Part shown: positions 38,314 through 51,100 of the stretch, one piece after another
Layout of the letters: every line of letters starts with the position of its first letter
Numbering within the stretch: position 1 is the first letter of the stretch
Source of the DNA: Lingula anatina
Lineage: Eukaryota; Animalia; Brachiopoda
Assembly: GCA_051362555.1 (NCBI GenBank)
Contig: CM120642.1
Span: 22,754,001-22,818,000 of the forward strand
DNA: 64,000 nt
Direction of reading: 5' to 3'
Position numbers and translations under genes: made by a program
The notes under the pieces: generated by a model
What the model was told of the DNA's origin: nothing
What the model saw: the letters and a program-made list of their open reading frames with translations, nothing else
The model's database searches: none

Positions 38314-38640
38314 CAGATAAACCTTATAAACGACATAAGGTAAGACGGAACTACGGACATCAAGCACTCCTTTTTAGTCACATTGGACATGAAACTATAA
38401 CGTTCTGTTATTCACTGGTTTTCTCTTTAACAATTCACTGAATGACTGAATTAAAATATACGACTGAAATATATGATCACATTTACATAAATCCAAATTT
38501 ATTTTCTTCTATATGTATATTCAATCAATAATGCTTTTTCCCATTCATATTTCACTTTCCCTATCTATCCCATCGATAACAGATATCCATATCATTACCT
38601 GGTCTTCAATGAAGGAAATTGGTGTCAAGCGTCCGTCCAT
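23560..38640 (-). CDS. TRPC: Short transient receptor potential channel, TRPC3/6/7-like, ~958 aa, 14 exons
   Basis: Exons (5'->3') 38640-38599, 38198-37560, 37033-36869, 34251-34087, 32819-32591, 32017-31727, 31229-31045, 30580-30477, 26819-26731, 26252-26116, 25595-25419, 25179-25071, 24619-24473 and 23957-23560 are phase-consistent (2877 nt). Motifs: ankyrin repeats ([22 protein letters not shown]), TRP_2 zinc motif [26 protein letters not shown], pore [16 protein letters not shown] and TRP box EWKFAR. The start exon is less certain than the rest. Confidence 0.95.
24682..24726. repeat. (AAT)n microsatellite
   Basis: Seen directly in a TRPC intron. Confidence 0.9.
24867..24923. repeat. Compound (CT)n(AT)n microsatellite
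   Basis: Seen directly. Confidence 0.9.
27014..27275 (+). promoter_or_regulatory. Putative promoter of the nested antisense locus
   Basis: Two perfect CRE palindromes TGACGTCA (27015-27022, 27240-27247), a half CRE ACGTCA, and an RFX half-site GTTGCCAT (27262-27269) just upstream of ATG 27299. Confidence 0.45.
27299..27481 (+). CDS. Nested ORF A, 60 aa with a Cys-rich N-terminus (MSCLCFCF)
   Basis: First ATG after the putative promoter. Its TGA overlaps an ATG of ORF B (ATGA at 27478-27481). Confidence 0.4.
   Translation: MSCLCFCFKSLKSMQVDDGTINSIYEKQSTRSRKDEENVLKSDIFRAETERARCRCSSAP
27463..28653 (+). CDS. Nested ORF B, ~316-aa Pro/Ser/Lys-rich hypothetical protein antisense within TRPC intron 8
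   Basis: Long GC-richer ORF (27463-28518 in the track). A likely donor CG|GTATGA at 28350 spliced to acceptor TATTTTCAG| at 28589 adds [21 protein letters not shown] (951 nt in total). The T-rich tail of the track ORF is intron-like. Confidence 0.65.
28656..28922 (+). CDS. Nested ORF C, 88-aa basic Pro/Arg-rich protein with CPQC and RPxTP motifs (or the last exon of the ORF B gene via an alternative acceptor at 28607)
   Basis: GC-rich, coding-like sequence. ATG in a GACCATG context 2 nt after the ORF B stop. The frame is open back to TTGTAG| at 28607. Confidence 0.55.
   Translation: MPNCPQCDQDLSLAPYLPRATRPETPRAETPTGPSSPKWPRFRFSWQKKRGVAPLPDGSSKKPAEAAKPKRHRPQTPFRRKRRDDTSS
29795..30000. mobile_element. 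Fold-back MITE-like element with ~62-bp imperfect inverted arms
   Basis: The left arm CCCGTTCCCATACTTAGATCGATCTGTCAGGATCGACCCATCTCC...CTCGCTAA (29795-29856) is the reverse complement of 29938-30000 with few mismatches. There is an inner inverted pair TTTAGCAGCTT/AAGCCGCTAAA. No clear TSD. Confidence 0.75.
30203..30313. repeat. Local tandem duplication (40-bp period with 21-bp and 12-bp sub-repeats)
   Basis: AAAGCTATTTTATCGTAATAAACCTATTATTTTATCG occurs twice, followed by TATTACTACGG twice. Confidence 0.85.
34328..34411. repeat. Long pure (TA)n microsatellite followed by poly-T
   Basis: About 84 bp of uninterrupted TA seen directly. Confidence 0.95.
38246..38311. repeat. Compound (TG)n(AG)n microsatellite
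   Basis: Seen directly in TRPC intron 1. Confidence 0.92.
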
Positions 38641-40739
38641 GATCTCTGTATATCCTTATGCTCGTGAAACCCCAAATATTGTACTAAAACGCATTGTAAG
38701 AACACCAACAACGGACAATACGATGTAAGCAGTCTTATAACCAGCAGATGCCTTAGTCATACTGTGGCTTAGTAATAGAATTCTCTTGTCTACATTTAGT
38801 TCAGAAAATCGATATTCGTCTGGAAATCTAGATCGAAAACGTATGATGAGTGCAAATCCGAGAGTAGTCTTGGGAAGCAGGGGTAACTCGGAAACCACTG
38901 TTTTCGGTAAATCAGTAGGACCAAAAGACTGCCGGTACTATTCAATGTATTAGTTTAATATACGGGCAAAGGGACATGTTGTTATATTGTGCAAACAGAA
39001 AATGGTTATTTGTTTCACTGTATTTCATTGTTTTGACGCCGCCAGGCAGTATTTTAAAGAAATTTCAAACGTGGATGTTACATTTATTCCAATTATGATT
39101 ATAATTTACACTGTAGGATTTCAAAACACTTTATTTTCCTATTGAACTAGTGGAATCAAAACAAACACACATACCCTATAGCTAGACGCCTACAAACCAT
39201 TATCTTCCGTGCCTGACCTACATGTAGAATTCCTTTGGTTTCCTAATATTGCAATTTAAAGATATCAATCGTAGCGCTATATTAAGATCTTTTTTTACTA
39301 AACTTTATAAAATTGTCTATGTTTTCCTTAATGTTGTAAACACGCTGCGTGTCTATTTCATCCATTTTCTTCCCTGATAAATTGATTGTGTTAGTTGGAC
39401 ATAAACGACATTCGTTTGGTTGTGACTATGTTGATTTGGTCATAATCCGATTTCCCATAAGCAACTAACCAACTAAAAGACACGCTTTTGCTGTATACAG
39501 CATAACATAGTACACAAGTTGAAAATAGGATTTTCTGTTTGTCACTTATAAGTGCATTTGGTTCTGAACAATGTTTAATGTTTTTATTTGCACATTAACA
39601 TGGGATCCATTCCACCTTCCCATGCATATGATTTGTATCTTATGGCAGACTCACTATGCCAAAGACTTCAACGATCCAAGACTTCAATCCTATATTTACA
39701 TATGTTCTTGGTTACAAATAATAAAGTAAAAAGATTGAAATTAATATATAAAATCATTTTTATAAATAATAATGAATCTCATGGCAACTGCAAGACACAT
39801 CAGTATTAAATTTAGGTCACCAATCAATTTAGATTCGTGTTAGAAAAATATGCAGCTTCATCTGTACTAAACTTATTCTTTGGCCCGTCTTCTTTTATTA
39901 TTTTTTCTTCATACTTAATATACAGTAGAAACCGTGTACTTTAATCATCTACAAGTGCTAAAAAAAATTAATTATGTTGTTATGACGAAGAAAGCAGCTA
40001 CGATTAGTAATGATACCCCTGTGCTTGTGAAGAGTAGGTGGCAAATTTTGAGGTATATAGATTATAACTAAACAAAGGCAAAGTTTTGTAAGCGAGATTA
40101 AAAACCGTAAAAATCGCCCCGAGTCCTTTACTTAATATAAGTAATAGCACACGCACACACACACACAAATATAACCGTCCGTATATTCATTAATATATAT
40201 TAGAATCAATTACCTTTGTATATGGTTTCTCGAATTAAATAATCTTCATCTCCAATTACAATTGTTAAAATCTAAATATCTTAACAAATGGCTACTTTTT
40301 TGTAGGTACGAAAATGTCAGTACTTAAGTACAACCTCTGCAGCGGATTTCTAACCACACCCTCTCGCTGACAGTAGCTGACACAGGATGAAGGGGAAATG
40401 GGCGTTATACAAATATTTATGCTGAATCCTTGGATGTCACATGTTATCTTTCAGGGACGGTTGTTTGGCGCATTTGTAACCTTAAGAACACAAGTGCAAA
40501 ATAAAATTGTTATCCATTAAAGATTTGATTCTTGCTGAGATCCTCAAGTATTCGGTGTGTGATATCCATTTTTTTGTTCTGAAAATGTGCAAAAAAAAAA
40601 AAAAAATGGTAGTAGCTGAAGTAGTGTGTTTGCCTTCAAACCTTAAGTGACAAGGGTTTAACTAATTCTACATTCCATATCATTGATACACCTGCTGCAT
40701 ACACCTGTGCAACTGCATTAATTTATTCTTGTCGAGGCA

Positions 40740-43700
40740 CTATTTCCTCCGAAAGGCAACCCATAAACACAAACTGACCGCAAAATCTATTATTTCTGCC
40801 GCTGTCATCAAAGTGCTCCCCAGCACCAGGCCCAGCGCGCCACCTATATCTGAAAACAGCGCGAGACCGGAATATGCCGGCTGTTGCTCTATCCCTTGGA
40901 AATTCAACTCTTTATAGAATATCTGCAAAATCAAATAATTGTCTCGGAAATAGTCCTCTGTAGTGCCAGGGTAACCGGCCATCAATGCAGCCGTGATAGC
41001 GTTTGACATTTTTGAGTGGGAAATGGTATAACCGTAGTGGACTTCTTCACAAGGAACGGGGCACGCGCAGGCTTGCAGGGCAGCCGATGTATTTGCACGT
41101 AATTCGTCAAGGCATTCCCACCATTGTGTCGGAGAACATTCTGGAACACCGGGGACATTTATCATGTAGTAAGCTCGGCAGCCACAATTGTCCATTGTAA
41201 AATTCAATCTGAAAAAAAAAAATGATTCGTTCCTTTAAACATCAGTTATATCGGCTCTTTTCGCTTTCCATTCCCTAACACAAAGTTATAAACAGTCTTT
41301 TAATTATATAGTGATTAAAAATAATATATTCAGTCATTAATATTATGATAATAAGCAGTTAGCAGTCGTTATGTTACTTTTTTCATGCTATGATCCTAAA
41401 AACCAACAAAAATTTTGATAAAAAGCTCAGTGTTTTCTGATGCCTTGCATTTTTTCTCCTTTACATCTAATCCCGTTTGTAAGTTACACTTGCACTGAAT
41501 TAACCATGGCTATTTTTGCATTGGGCATCAGCCATTAACGTGTGCAGTCACGATTACAGATACTAGTGCTCTAGTATCTAAATTCACTTTGTATCATACG
41601 TGAAGAGCAACCCCACCTATCCCCAGAACTCAACTTATAATGCGATTTTACGTGAACACAAAGCAGTAAAGAAGCTGAGAAAAATATTTGCTTTGTTAAA
41701 TTAGAGATACTCACGTGCACTCCGCTATGCAATTCAACGTAGAATACGAATCATAATATGCCAGATTTTTTTCTGCACAATTCCCATATGGAGACGGTAA
41801 ATTCGTTACCTGCAATAAATGCAATGCATAAAAAATGTGTTTAGGTTTAGGTCTGCCTAAAGTTACCTACAAAGAAAGGGTGGGTTCCTAGAAACTCATT
41901 AAACCACTTTTACTAGTTTCTTATACGACCAAAATAACCTCGAAATGTCAGGTCAGAAACCAAATTAATTCCTCTTTTAAAACCGAGCATTCTTCAAATT
42001 TCTGTTTGGAAATTGACCTATTTATCCGTTCCAGTGATTAGTAAAGCTACCATATATAAAGTGGAATTGGGCGCGCATTGCATAGGCATCATTCTTACTC
42101 CCATATATAGATGTGCTGCACGCGCAATTGCACACTCAGTCAGTGTGCAGTCAGACTGCTAAGAACACAGAAATAAAGCAGAAAATAACTGTTTTAATAT
42201 TATTTTCGGGAAATACATGTATGAAATGATTTTCTTTGGTATTTCTCTAAGTTATACTTTTTTCAAACTATATGTGATGTCATTGGTTGGGTTTCGTGGC
42301 AAAATTTTGACTCTGCATGCATGTTTAAACATTTCACTGAATGAACAGTTTTGATAAATGTAAATATTTTTTCTTCGCTGATTGAGCTACGTGTATTTTA
42401 GGGCTTTTGAACAATAATTCATATCTTCTGATCAAAATAAGTCAACACTATAAAATCTAAGCCTACAATGTTATACCTACAATACTAAACTGCACTACAC
42501 TGTAACATAAGATACCTTAACAAACGATACCATACCATACCATACTAAACTAAACTAAACCATACCTTTGTTTGTGAGATGCCAACACTGATACTCTCTC
42601 CAGGAGCAACCTGAAAGCCCAGGTTTTCAATGTACGGGACGTCATCGGGGTGGTGGAGTAGCACCTGGATTTAAGAGAAAAGTCCAAGTGTTACGCTGTC
42701 TCTACGCTTACGTTAGCAGTGTGCCAGATAATTGAGATATGTCAGTATGACATATAAAAATTATATAAAAAATCCAAACCCTATCTTTCTATTACTTTTT
42801 TCATCTTTGTACCGTTACAAAGAATTTCAAAAAAATTATGGTTATAAATACGTGGCCCCCTTAAGGTGACCTGGAAGGCAAGCGTAAAATTCATGCAAAA
42901 TAACTCACTGTAAAGCCAGCACTGTGTGTTGTAGCCAGATAATTGTACTGTTCAGCGTTCAAAATTAGTTTAAGTCCAAATGTCGAACCTAAGAGTTCGG
43001 TTTTCAGATTGGTGTCACCTGTAAAAAAATTAGTCTACATCTAGTAACCAGAAGAATAATTGTTAACTTCACAAGCTACACAACAGGAAGACTACGTAAA
43101 TAAAACTCAATTTTTCAAGCTCAAGTGGGTCTACTTTTAGACCAGCTACCAGTTAGCCAGTTGACTTAAATGCTGCAGTAAAGGGGTTGAAATGGCAGTG
43201 TATTGATAAACGACCATATACTACTACCACCACATATCAGTTTAAAATATAAAATAGAAATTAATAAAATGTAGAAAAACAGCAGTGTACAGGAATATTT
43301 TGAAAGGCGTCTCTTGATGTACAACATAGACAGATTTGCCAAACCTGTTTCCCTGAATCATGCTAAATTATCAAAAAAAAAAAAAAAAAAAAAAAAAAAA
43401 GAATATACTGGAGATCACGTGGACAGTGGTGAAGTCACGAGGTTTTATGTCAACGTAGATCAATTACCTTAATGGGTTGTAACGGATTTCTTACATGCAG
43501 ATATTTATGAAGTGGTTTTATGAAAGTGAAATTCCTATAATGAATTGTTTGCATAAAAGATGTAACTCGCATTGATCCTCATATCACACGTAAACCTGTC
43601 AAATCAATTAACTTCAATAAGAAATAGTACATGGACTTTCTTGGCAATATACATTATATGGACACTTTTCATTGACGTGAGCCACGCCACAGAATCGTTA

Positions 43701-46163
43701 TATATAAAGTGGGTACAGAACCACGTCGAACATTTAATTTCATTCTTTTAAAACTGTTCGTGATAACTCAACGAGATACCAGTAATAACTACATTGTGCC
43801 ACTTCATACCCAGTTCCTAGATTTTGACAGTTACATTTTCAATCAGAATGTCGCGACGTCCCATATCATCACATTCCCTTTATTCAAGTGTGACAGGAAT
43901 GGTAGTCCTAGGAACGGATGTCAGGGATCGCATATAATTTGTACAGGATAGGTTGGAGTATCGGGATTAGTATATGGGACGTATGTCAGCTGTACAAATT
44001 ACTGGGGAACGGACTACGTTTCCTAGCGGACTACCATTTCTGTCCCACCTACTGGCACACAACTTCTAATCGAGAAGCACAATAGCGGAGTTCATCTGCT
44101 ACATCAGCATTACGACCACTTTTTAAAATATTGGCGCCATGCGATTTAAACATGCCATGTTAAAAGCCCTTTCACAGTTTGAAAGAATGGGATAATGATA
44201 TCGTTAAGGCAGACATCAATCAAAAATTGATGTTGAAATTAGTTTTTATTATTATACACGTATTGGAGGGACATGTATTGAAAACGTGAAGTTTACATTA
44301 AGCACAAGAGGGGAAATGACAGACGCGTGATCAATATCGGGTTCCTAGACGTGTTTTGAGACAATAACTCACCCCTGTGTTATAATTGCTTGCTTATGTT
44401 AGTTATGAATAAGTTGCCTTCATGCTAAAGGTTTGTTTTATTACTTATGTGGACAGCGTTTACTTACATGTATTTGCTTTATAGAGGTGATTCAGTTCGC
44501 AAAGTCGTTTTTAAATTCAACAATAGCGGGTTACGATCGCCATACACAAATAAAATGTAAACAATGAATTCTATAAACACAATAAAATTCTCTAAACTCA
44601 ACAAAAACCTTGCACTGCTGGCAATACTGATGGACCCCTTCCGTTCATACAAATCAGATTAAGAAGAGCGTACCATGGTTGAACGTGTAGCACACGCCCA
44701 TCTCCGTGAGGATTCTTGTGAAATTATCCACAGAGCAGGGCTGGGCGTTCCATTCACAGGACTACAAGATAGAAAGAAAAGAAGTTACAACGGGAAACAA
44801 TGACGACGGGGATAAGATGAGGACTGATATTTTGCTTATTTAAATGTGGTCGAGTGGACGATCTCTGTATGTAATGCAATTTAAGTGTAGTTAAGTGATT
44901 GTAAAGGTATTTCAACCATTTACCTTGACAACGTGAATGCGAAAAAGGTAGTAAACTTATATATGTGCTATTCATATGTTGCATATTTCAGGGGCCTACT
45001 GCCAGTCGTCCATTTGGACTAAATCTTTTAATTACGCTCTACAAAATGCAATTAATGCTACGTCTCGTTCAGTTTTATAGATATGACGTGTCTGACATCA
45101 AAAAGGATTTAGAATTAAATCGTTTAATCATTAACTGTTGAGCTTTTGGTGTCCGTTTCACGATGAAAAACATATATAGCTTATCCAGACCTCCCAAACA
45201 GGGATGGAACAGTATTATGCGCAGAGATCGACACCTCGAGCACGGGTGTTGTGTTGTTTTGTGAATTATTTTTTCGGCGGGGGGGGGGGGGGGGGGGGCG
45301 TCCTTTTTTGTATGGGTCTTCACTGCTTGCGAGGCCTGTTATTCTCCACTCTAAATGCCACGGTACGACAGTATTGATACAAATAAAGTAAACTAGAAAC
45401 ACGGTGTCATTCCGTGTGGAGAAATCTCTATGCTTGGATAATGAGGTAAAAAAAGGATGTTAAATCTTAAACGAATTGTAATGAACGATGTTAAAAAACA
45501 ACAAATCGAAATAAATATATTACTTACACCCGGCGCATTAAGCATCGTCGGGGCATCATGCCCGTACTCCGTGATAAACTCGGTCCAGTTATAACTGCTC
45601 AGATTCTTCGTAGTGGTCGCTGTAGGTGAGGTAAACAAGTAACCGACGTCAATTTCGCCCGTATGATACAAATTCAGTACGCGCAGTTTGTTATTATTAC
45701 ATATAGTCACAGCGGGGAACGGGATGAAGTCCACGTAATGCAGTTCGATGTTGACGGAGACTGGGTTACTCCAATAATAATCAATGCGATTTTTTAGATG
45801 AAAGATCAAGAATCCAAACCCGGTCAACACAAACACAAGCCACATAACTCTGCGGAACCAACCGATTTTGGAGTCCACAACATTCTTGATCCCTAAAATA
45901 CTAACATTGCTGGCAAACGTTGTCAAAGATTCCCGCACGTTTTCGTTCTCTTCGGTTTCGACGTTTTTCGCACTGTCCTGTGCCTTTGTTGACGATAATG
46001 AATGAACTTTAGATTTTTCCATCCAGCTTTTCAACTTAAAAGTTGTATTTGCAGATGACGTGTCTATTTGAGTATTCCTGATGATAGGAGAAATCGCCAC
46101 ATTTTCTGCAAATGCTGAGTACTGGGTATCATACTGGTGGACATCGTCTCCTGGCAAACTCAT
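40740..46163 (-). CDS. DEG/ENaC superfamily (ASIC-like) amiloride-sensitive channel subunit, ~498 aa, 6 coding exons
   Basis: Exons 46163-45528, 44761-44674, 43018-42909, 42664-42566, 41809-41715 and 41208-40740 are phase-consistent (1497 nt). Motifs: TM1 RRVMWLVFVLTGFGFL, FPAVTICNNN, EMGVCYTFN, FGLKLILNAEQ, Cys-rich thumb (LPSPYGNC, NCGC, CACPVPC) and TM2 LFSDIGGALGLVLGSTLMTAAEIIDF. Confidence 0.93.
43888..44048. mobile_element. ~160-bp MITE-like element with ~30-bp imperfect TIRs in a DEG/ENaC intron
   Basis: GTGTGACAGGAATGGTAGTCCTAGGAACG pairs with CGTTTCCTAGCGGACTACCATTTCTGTCCCAC. No clear TSD. Confidence 0.65.
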
Positions 46164-48123
46164 CTTGAACGTTAAGTTTTCCTTTGACTTTTTAAAAGTT
46201 AAAATAAATGACGCATAAGATTTTCTATTCAGTCCCTTCTGTTTTTCACTTACCAGAGATGTACTGGATTAAAAAAGTCAATGATTACCTTTTTGATTTC
46301 AGATTGCAAGCTCTTGAACTTGAAATGAACTTGTGGCCGATTGTATAATCCAAACGTTTCTGGAGAATACTTTTCCTTATTCCCTATTTTTCTTTTGTCA
46401 CAGAAATACAAGGTTATAGTTGAAATGTTCCTGCCAGCTGCTCCAATTCCCTGTTAATTTATTTGTTACCGAAGTCAACGAAATCACCTTTATGCACTTT
46501 GCACTGAAATTAATGTCACTTGACTGTTTTCTTGTCACAATACAAATGGCGAAACTCCCAACAGTATTAACCAACAGTGCAGACTCCGCACCTGACAATC
46601 GCGATCGATTACGAACCAATGAGCTCCAGCAAGCAGACATACTTGTTGGGGGTAAGTTTTAATTGCTGCTAAATGGGGAGGGATTGGTTACTGTATTGAT
46701 CGCTTTCCATTAAAGCTGGCCTGAAGCACAAAATATCACTCCAATAGTTTATTGGGCCATCAATTAGCCAGTTTTTGTGACAAATATATGTAAATACTAT
46801 TTAATAAAAGTCATTCATTAAATCCGTGTAAACGGCAGCAAGCAAAACTCATACATTGTTTATGTCCTATTGCACATAAAGTGATACTGGGTAGTCATAT
46901 AAAAAAAGGAAAGGTGTCCTTTTTAAGACTTACAGTTTCTTCAAAAGGGGGAAAATAATTAGCCTGTGGGTCACAGCACTATGTTCTTATAATGAAGGAG
47001 TCAGAGAGCATATCATAATGAGTAGAATACTGAGGTTATAATGTATGCACAGGCACTTGGGCTACGGGAGCTCGTATTTTTACCGAGCATACCACCACAT
47101 GATAATATGGAACACTGTTCTCTGCAGGAACTCGTATTATACTAACGTAACTTGTTAGGATAAACACAGAGAGCTGTTGCCTGTAGCTTCCATAATATTT
47201 ATCCAAAATGTTTGTCCCACCAAGAAATCAATTTCTGTAATGTTGTAATAAAACAAGAAGGAAGACTAATTGTTAGACGCAATTACCCATTTTTGCATTA
47301 TTTTGAACATTTAATTATAACTTCAGATTCATCTTATTAGTTAATTGTTGTTCACCTTTTTACATGTTGTGATTGTCTAAATTGTTATAAATATTTTCGG
47401 GAGGAGTTTTTTTTTCACGCTCCCTTTTCAAAGGCCGATGTTACTGCATAAGTTGACATTTTTGGTATTAGATTAAGGAATAATTTTGATTTCTTTTAAA
47501 ACCTCAAATCCTGATACATTTCCAGTAACAATTAACTAGATCCCACGATCGTAACATCTATATAAAACATATCCAAATTTCTTTTTTCAGAGGTCGCGAG
47601 TTTTACAAGAAATAAAGGGAATGTGTACAAAAACGTGGTATAACGTTTCCTGCGAAGCCCAGGGTGAGCACTAGCACATATTGACGTAGACATATTGTCT
47701 GATATCTTAGCTTTTCTCTTATTAGATGAATATCATTTCGTTTGCTGCTTATTACTTACTTAAGATCAATACGTATTAAATATTTCCTTAATGGTTTATT
47801 GAACGATCTATAAGTTGCATTACATAGTTAACCATTGAACCGTAAAACAGAGGGAAACATCCTGCAATATCAGTCTCATTAGCGTTAACGATATGCACAT
47901 TTGAATGTTACCAAAATATTGAACTTTGTAAAAGTTTTTTTCTGTCGCTTTGTATTAATCCCCCACTTCCAGACATTCTGTGACCCCTCCACTGCTGCCA
48001 GGGCAGAATTTGACAGATAAGAACTTCACAATAGATTGAAAATCGGATTATGGTCCATTTTCTTTTGGCAATATTGAATTCCAAATGTGCAGTTATAATG
48101 TCATCTTGCCAGTGAGGACACTG

Positions 48124-48124
<1 letters not shown>

Positions 48125-48163
<39 letters not shown>
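48125..48163. repeat. (TAT)n microsatellite
   Basis: Seen directly. Confidence 0.9.
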
Positions 48164-48165
<2 letters not shown>

Positions 48166-51100
48166 GGGCGTCCTCGCATCTGACCACCAGTTTTCGTGAA
48201 TAAACGGTGAGCTGCAAATAGATTGCTGAGTCTCAAACGCAGATTGAATGTTTAGTCAAATGTTGAACAAGATAGTGACCATGTTATTGTGAAGGATACA
48301 AAATAGAAAAACAACACATAATTTTACGCATTCATACTTTGCCAGCTTTGCTTAATGCAAATGGTCTGCGCTGACGTCACCACTGGGCGGCAAACAATAG
48401 ATTGCTCACCCGCGCATAAAGAGGCTTCCTTAAATTTAGATAGCACGCCAAATAATATCTACTTTTGACGTGTTAAATGAAAACATTGTGAAGATAAACA
48501 CCTTTTAAACACTTGTTTGTGTTTAAAAGATACCGTTACTCCACACATCGTTATTTACAGCACTCTCTTTTATCAAACTGTCTGACCTGTCAAATGGACG
48601 CTTGCGGTAGACGGGACGTGTCTCCAATAAAGCGTATCTTGGGGTGCTGCTGCCAATTGAACCCCCGGTAGCAAGTTCCCTTATCAGATGCTACATGATT
48701 TTGTCATACGCTAAGTTGTTAATGGAACTGTCAAGCGTTTCTATTTCTGTTATCACCTATCTGTTTTCACACCTGTTAAATGCCATTAAAACCTTTACAA
48801 GTACAATTGATGGTCATTTGCTATATGCTCCTTTAGATACATAGCGGTCATGTTATCTCTGCACCCACTGACTGACACATGCATTAGTATGACTAAAACG
48901 ATCTACATAATGTAAAAATGATACTCCTCCAAAATGTGTGTTTATTGATTGGTAAACATCAATTAACGAGTCAACTTCAACCTGCGCGAGTGTTGTTGGC
49001 AGTGCAAGGTTAACTGCAGAGGAGAGAGCTGTTATTCACATATCTAACAAATCTTTTACAACTTAATTAGTCATTATCTTTCAGCTTTAGAAAATGTCAA
49101 AGGTGTCATACAAATGACACCACAAAGCCTGATTATTGATAAAATTTTTTAAAAATATGATTAAGCACGTTTTCAATATTTGTTACCGCTTTATCTTGAT
49201 CTTGTTGCTGAATCGTTTATCATGAAGTTTTAATTTCCTGCTCTATCCCCTACCCGTCTCTCGCCTCCAAACGGTGAATAGTTCTCATTGTGAAGTAGTT
49301 GTCAGATTTCCCGCATATTAGTTATAAATTAGACTCTATTTGCACAAAAAATTGTTAGTCTATCTAAGATAAATCTGCCAACTAAATAATGATGACGTGT
49401 TTTGTCCCGCTGTGTCCGCATCCTATAGAGAATAATGTAACAGAGTAACTTGTTGTCGGACCTGTGAGTAGATACACACCCTAGCCATGGAAGGGGGAGG
49501 GGGCGTCACCTTATTGTGCCGACCCTAAGCAGCTGGTTCAAAGCTTCATTTAGGTTAGGTATTCGTTTCTAAAGTCATCACAGAATGAAAATAATAAAAA
49601 AGCGAGCTATCAAAATATGTGCAAGGGTCGTATTATAGTTACATATTTCTCTGTAAGGCTAACGCACCCGTACTTTAGATAAAACATGAAACACAACGAT
49701 AGAGAAGAAAAAAGGTAATTAAATTGCGCTTTTATTACATGTAGCAATAGGGATGACCCATCAGAGCATTTATGCATACAAGATCTTTATAAATCCGCTT
49801 TTTTCGATGCGTTCCACTTTAAAAAGATTTCAGTTTTCTTTCTATAAAATAGGATTGTTTTCACTAAAATGTGCCCTACTACTTGGGCCGCACATTAATT
49901 AATTGCATTGTTCTTCAGTGCGAATCGTGTCATGCCACATCTAAGAAGAAATCCACGAAAATAGATATATGAAAAACTAGCGCAGCCTTAAAAAGGAGAA
50001 GATAATAAAAAGAAATTGTAGTAATGAAGCAAGGCAACGTAGTATTTTGTTTCTTTTTTATTTGCATTTATACATATATGTATTGGTAAATGACAGTAGC
50101 GTTAGTGACTAAAAGCGACGTACGAACTAATATTACTATACATTAACGTCGGAAACGGGAAGTTGAAGTCACTCTTCAGATATTCTTTCCATGGTTCAAA
50201 ACACCAAGTCCATTAATTTTATCTGGGGAAGGAAATGACCGGCAGTTTCTTTCAGATATTCCCCGTTACAGCTTTTCTTAGCACGTAACAGAGCACACAG
50301 GCGAATAACACAACACGGTGAGATAGGGAAAACACGCCATAAATAAAATCTAACTGAACACGGAGAGAGCAGGAGACAGCACAGGGGAAGATATCTCTTC
50401 ACTATCATTTTCGTCTGAATTCCCACCATTATCCAGGATGCCGATGGATTTAGCCTAAAATATTTTTCCATTCTTTCATCATAGATGTGTTGCGCAAGCC
50501 ATTCTCAAACAAGAATAGAGGTAGTCTTCGGATGCCGTAGAGTTGAAATGCTACTAAGACGCGCCTAGCATAGCTATAGTGAGCTGGACCGCCAGGGCCG
50601 GCCGTGACCCTCGTCAGCGCGCGGGGTGGCAATGCATCATCCTGGCACTTGATGGATAGAAAACAAGCGGACATTTAGGGCCAATTCGTGAGAGTGGCGT
50701 ACACACACAGACTAGTAGCATGACGACACGAGACATGCAGCAACAGCAACATTATGGATAAATAACAAAAATGGCATGGTGATATTTTACAACAATGTTT
50801 ACGAAGAGAAAATATTCAAGGGCCATGGATATGACATTTGGAGAATACTGGTCTATGTCTGGGGTAATGCACGCACTTGTCATTTTGAACCTTCATGCGG
50901 CAGCATCACTCGGGTGAGTGTGTTCTCGGATACCGTATTCGGAGAGTACGAAAACATTTTGTTTTCCAGATAAATTATTCTTTGTTTTTTTCTTAGTTAT
51001 GGGGGGGGGGGGGGTGCAATAGCAAGGCTCCTATATCAGTGGGTGTGGATTGATTTTAGAGTAAAAACGACATCGCAAAAGAGAGAAAAGCGTTCTAACT

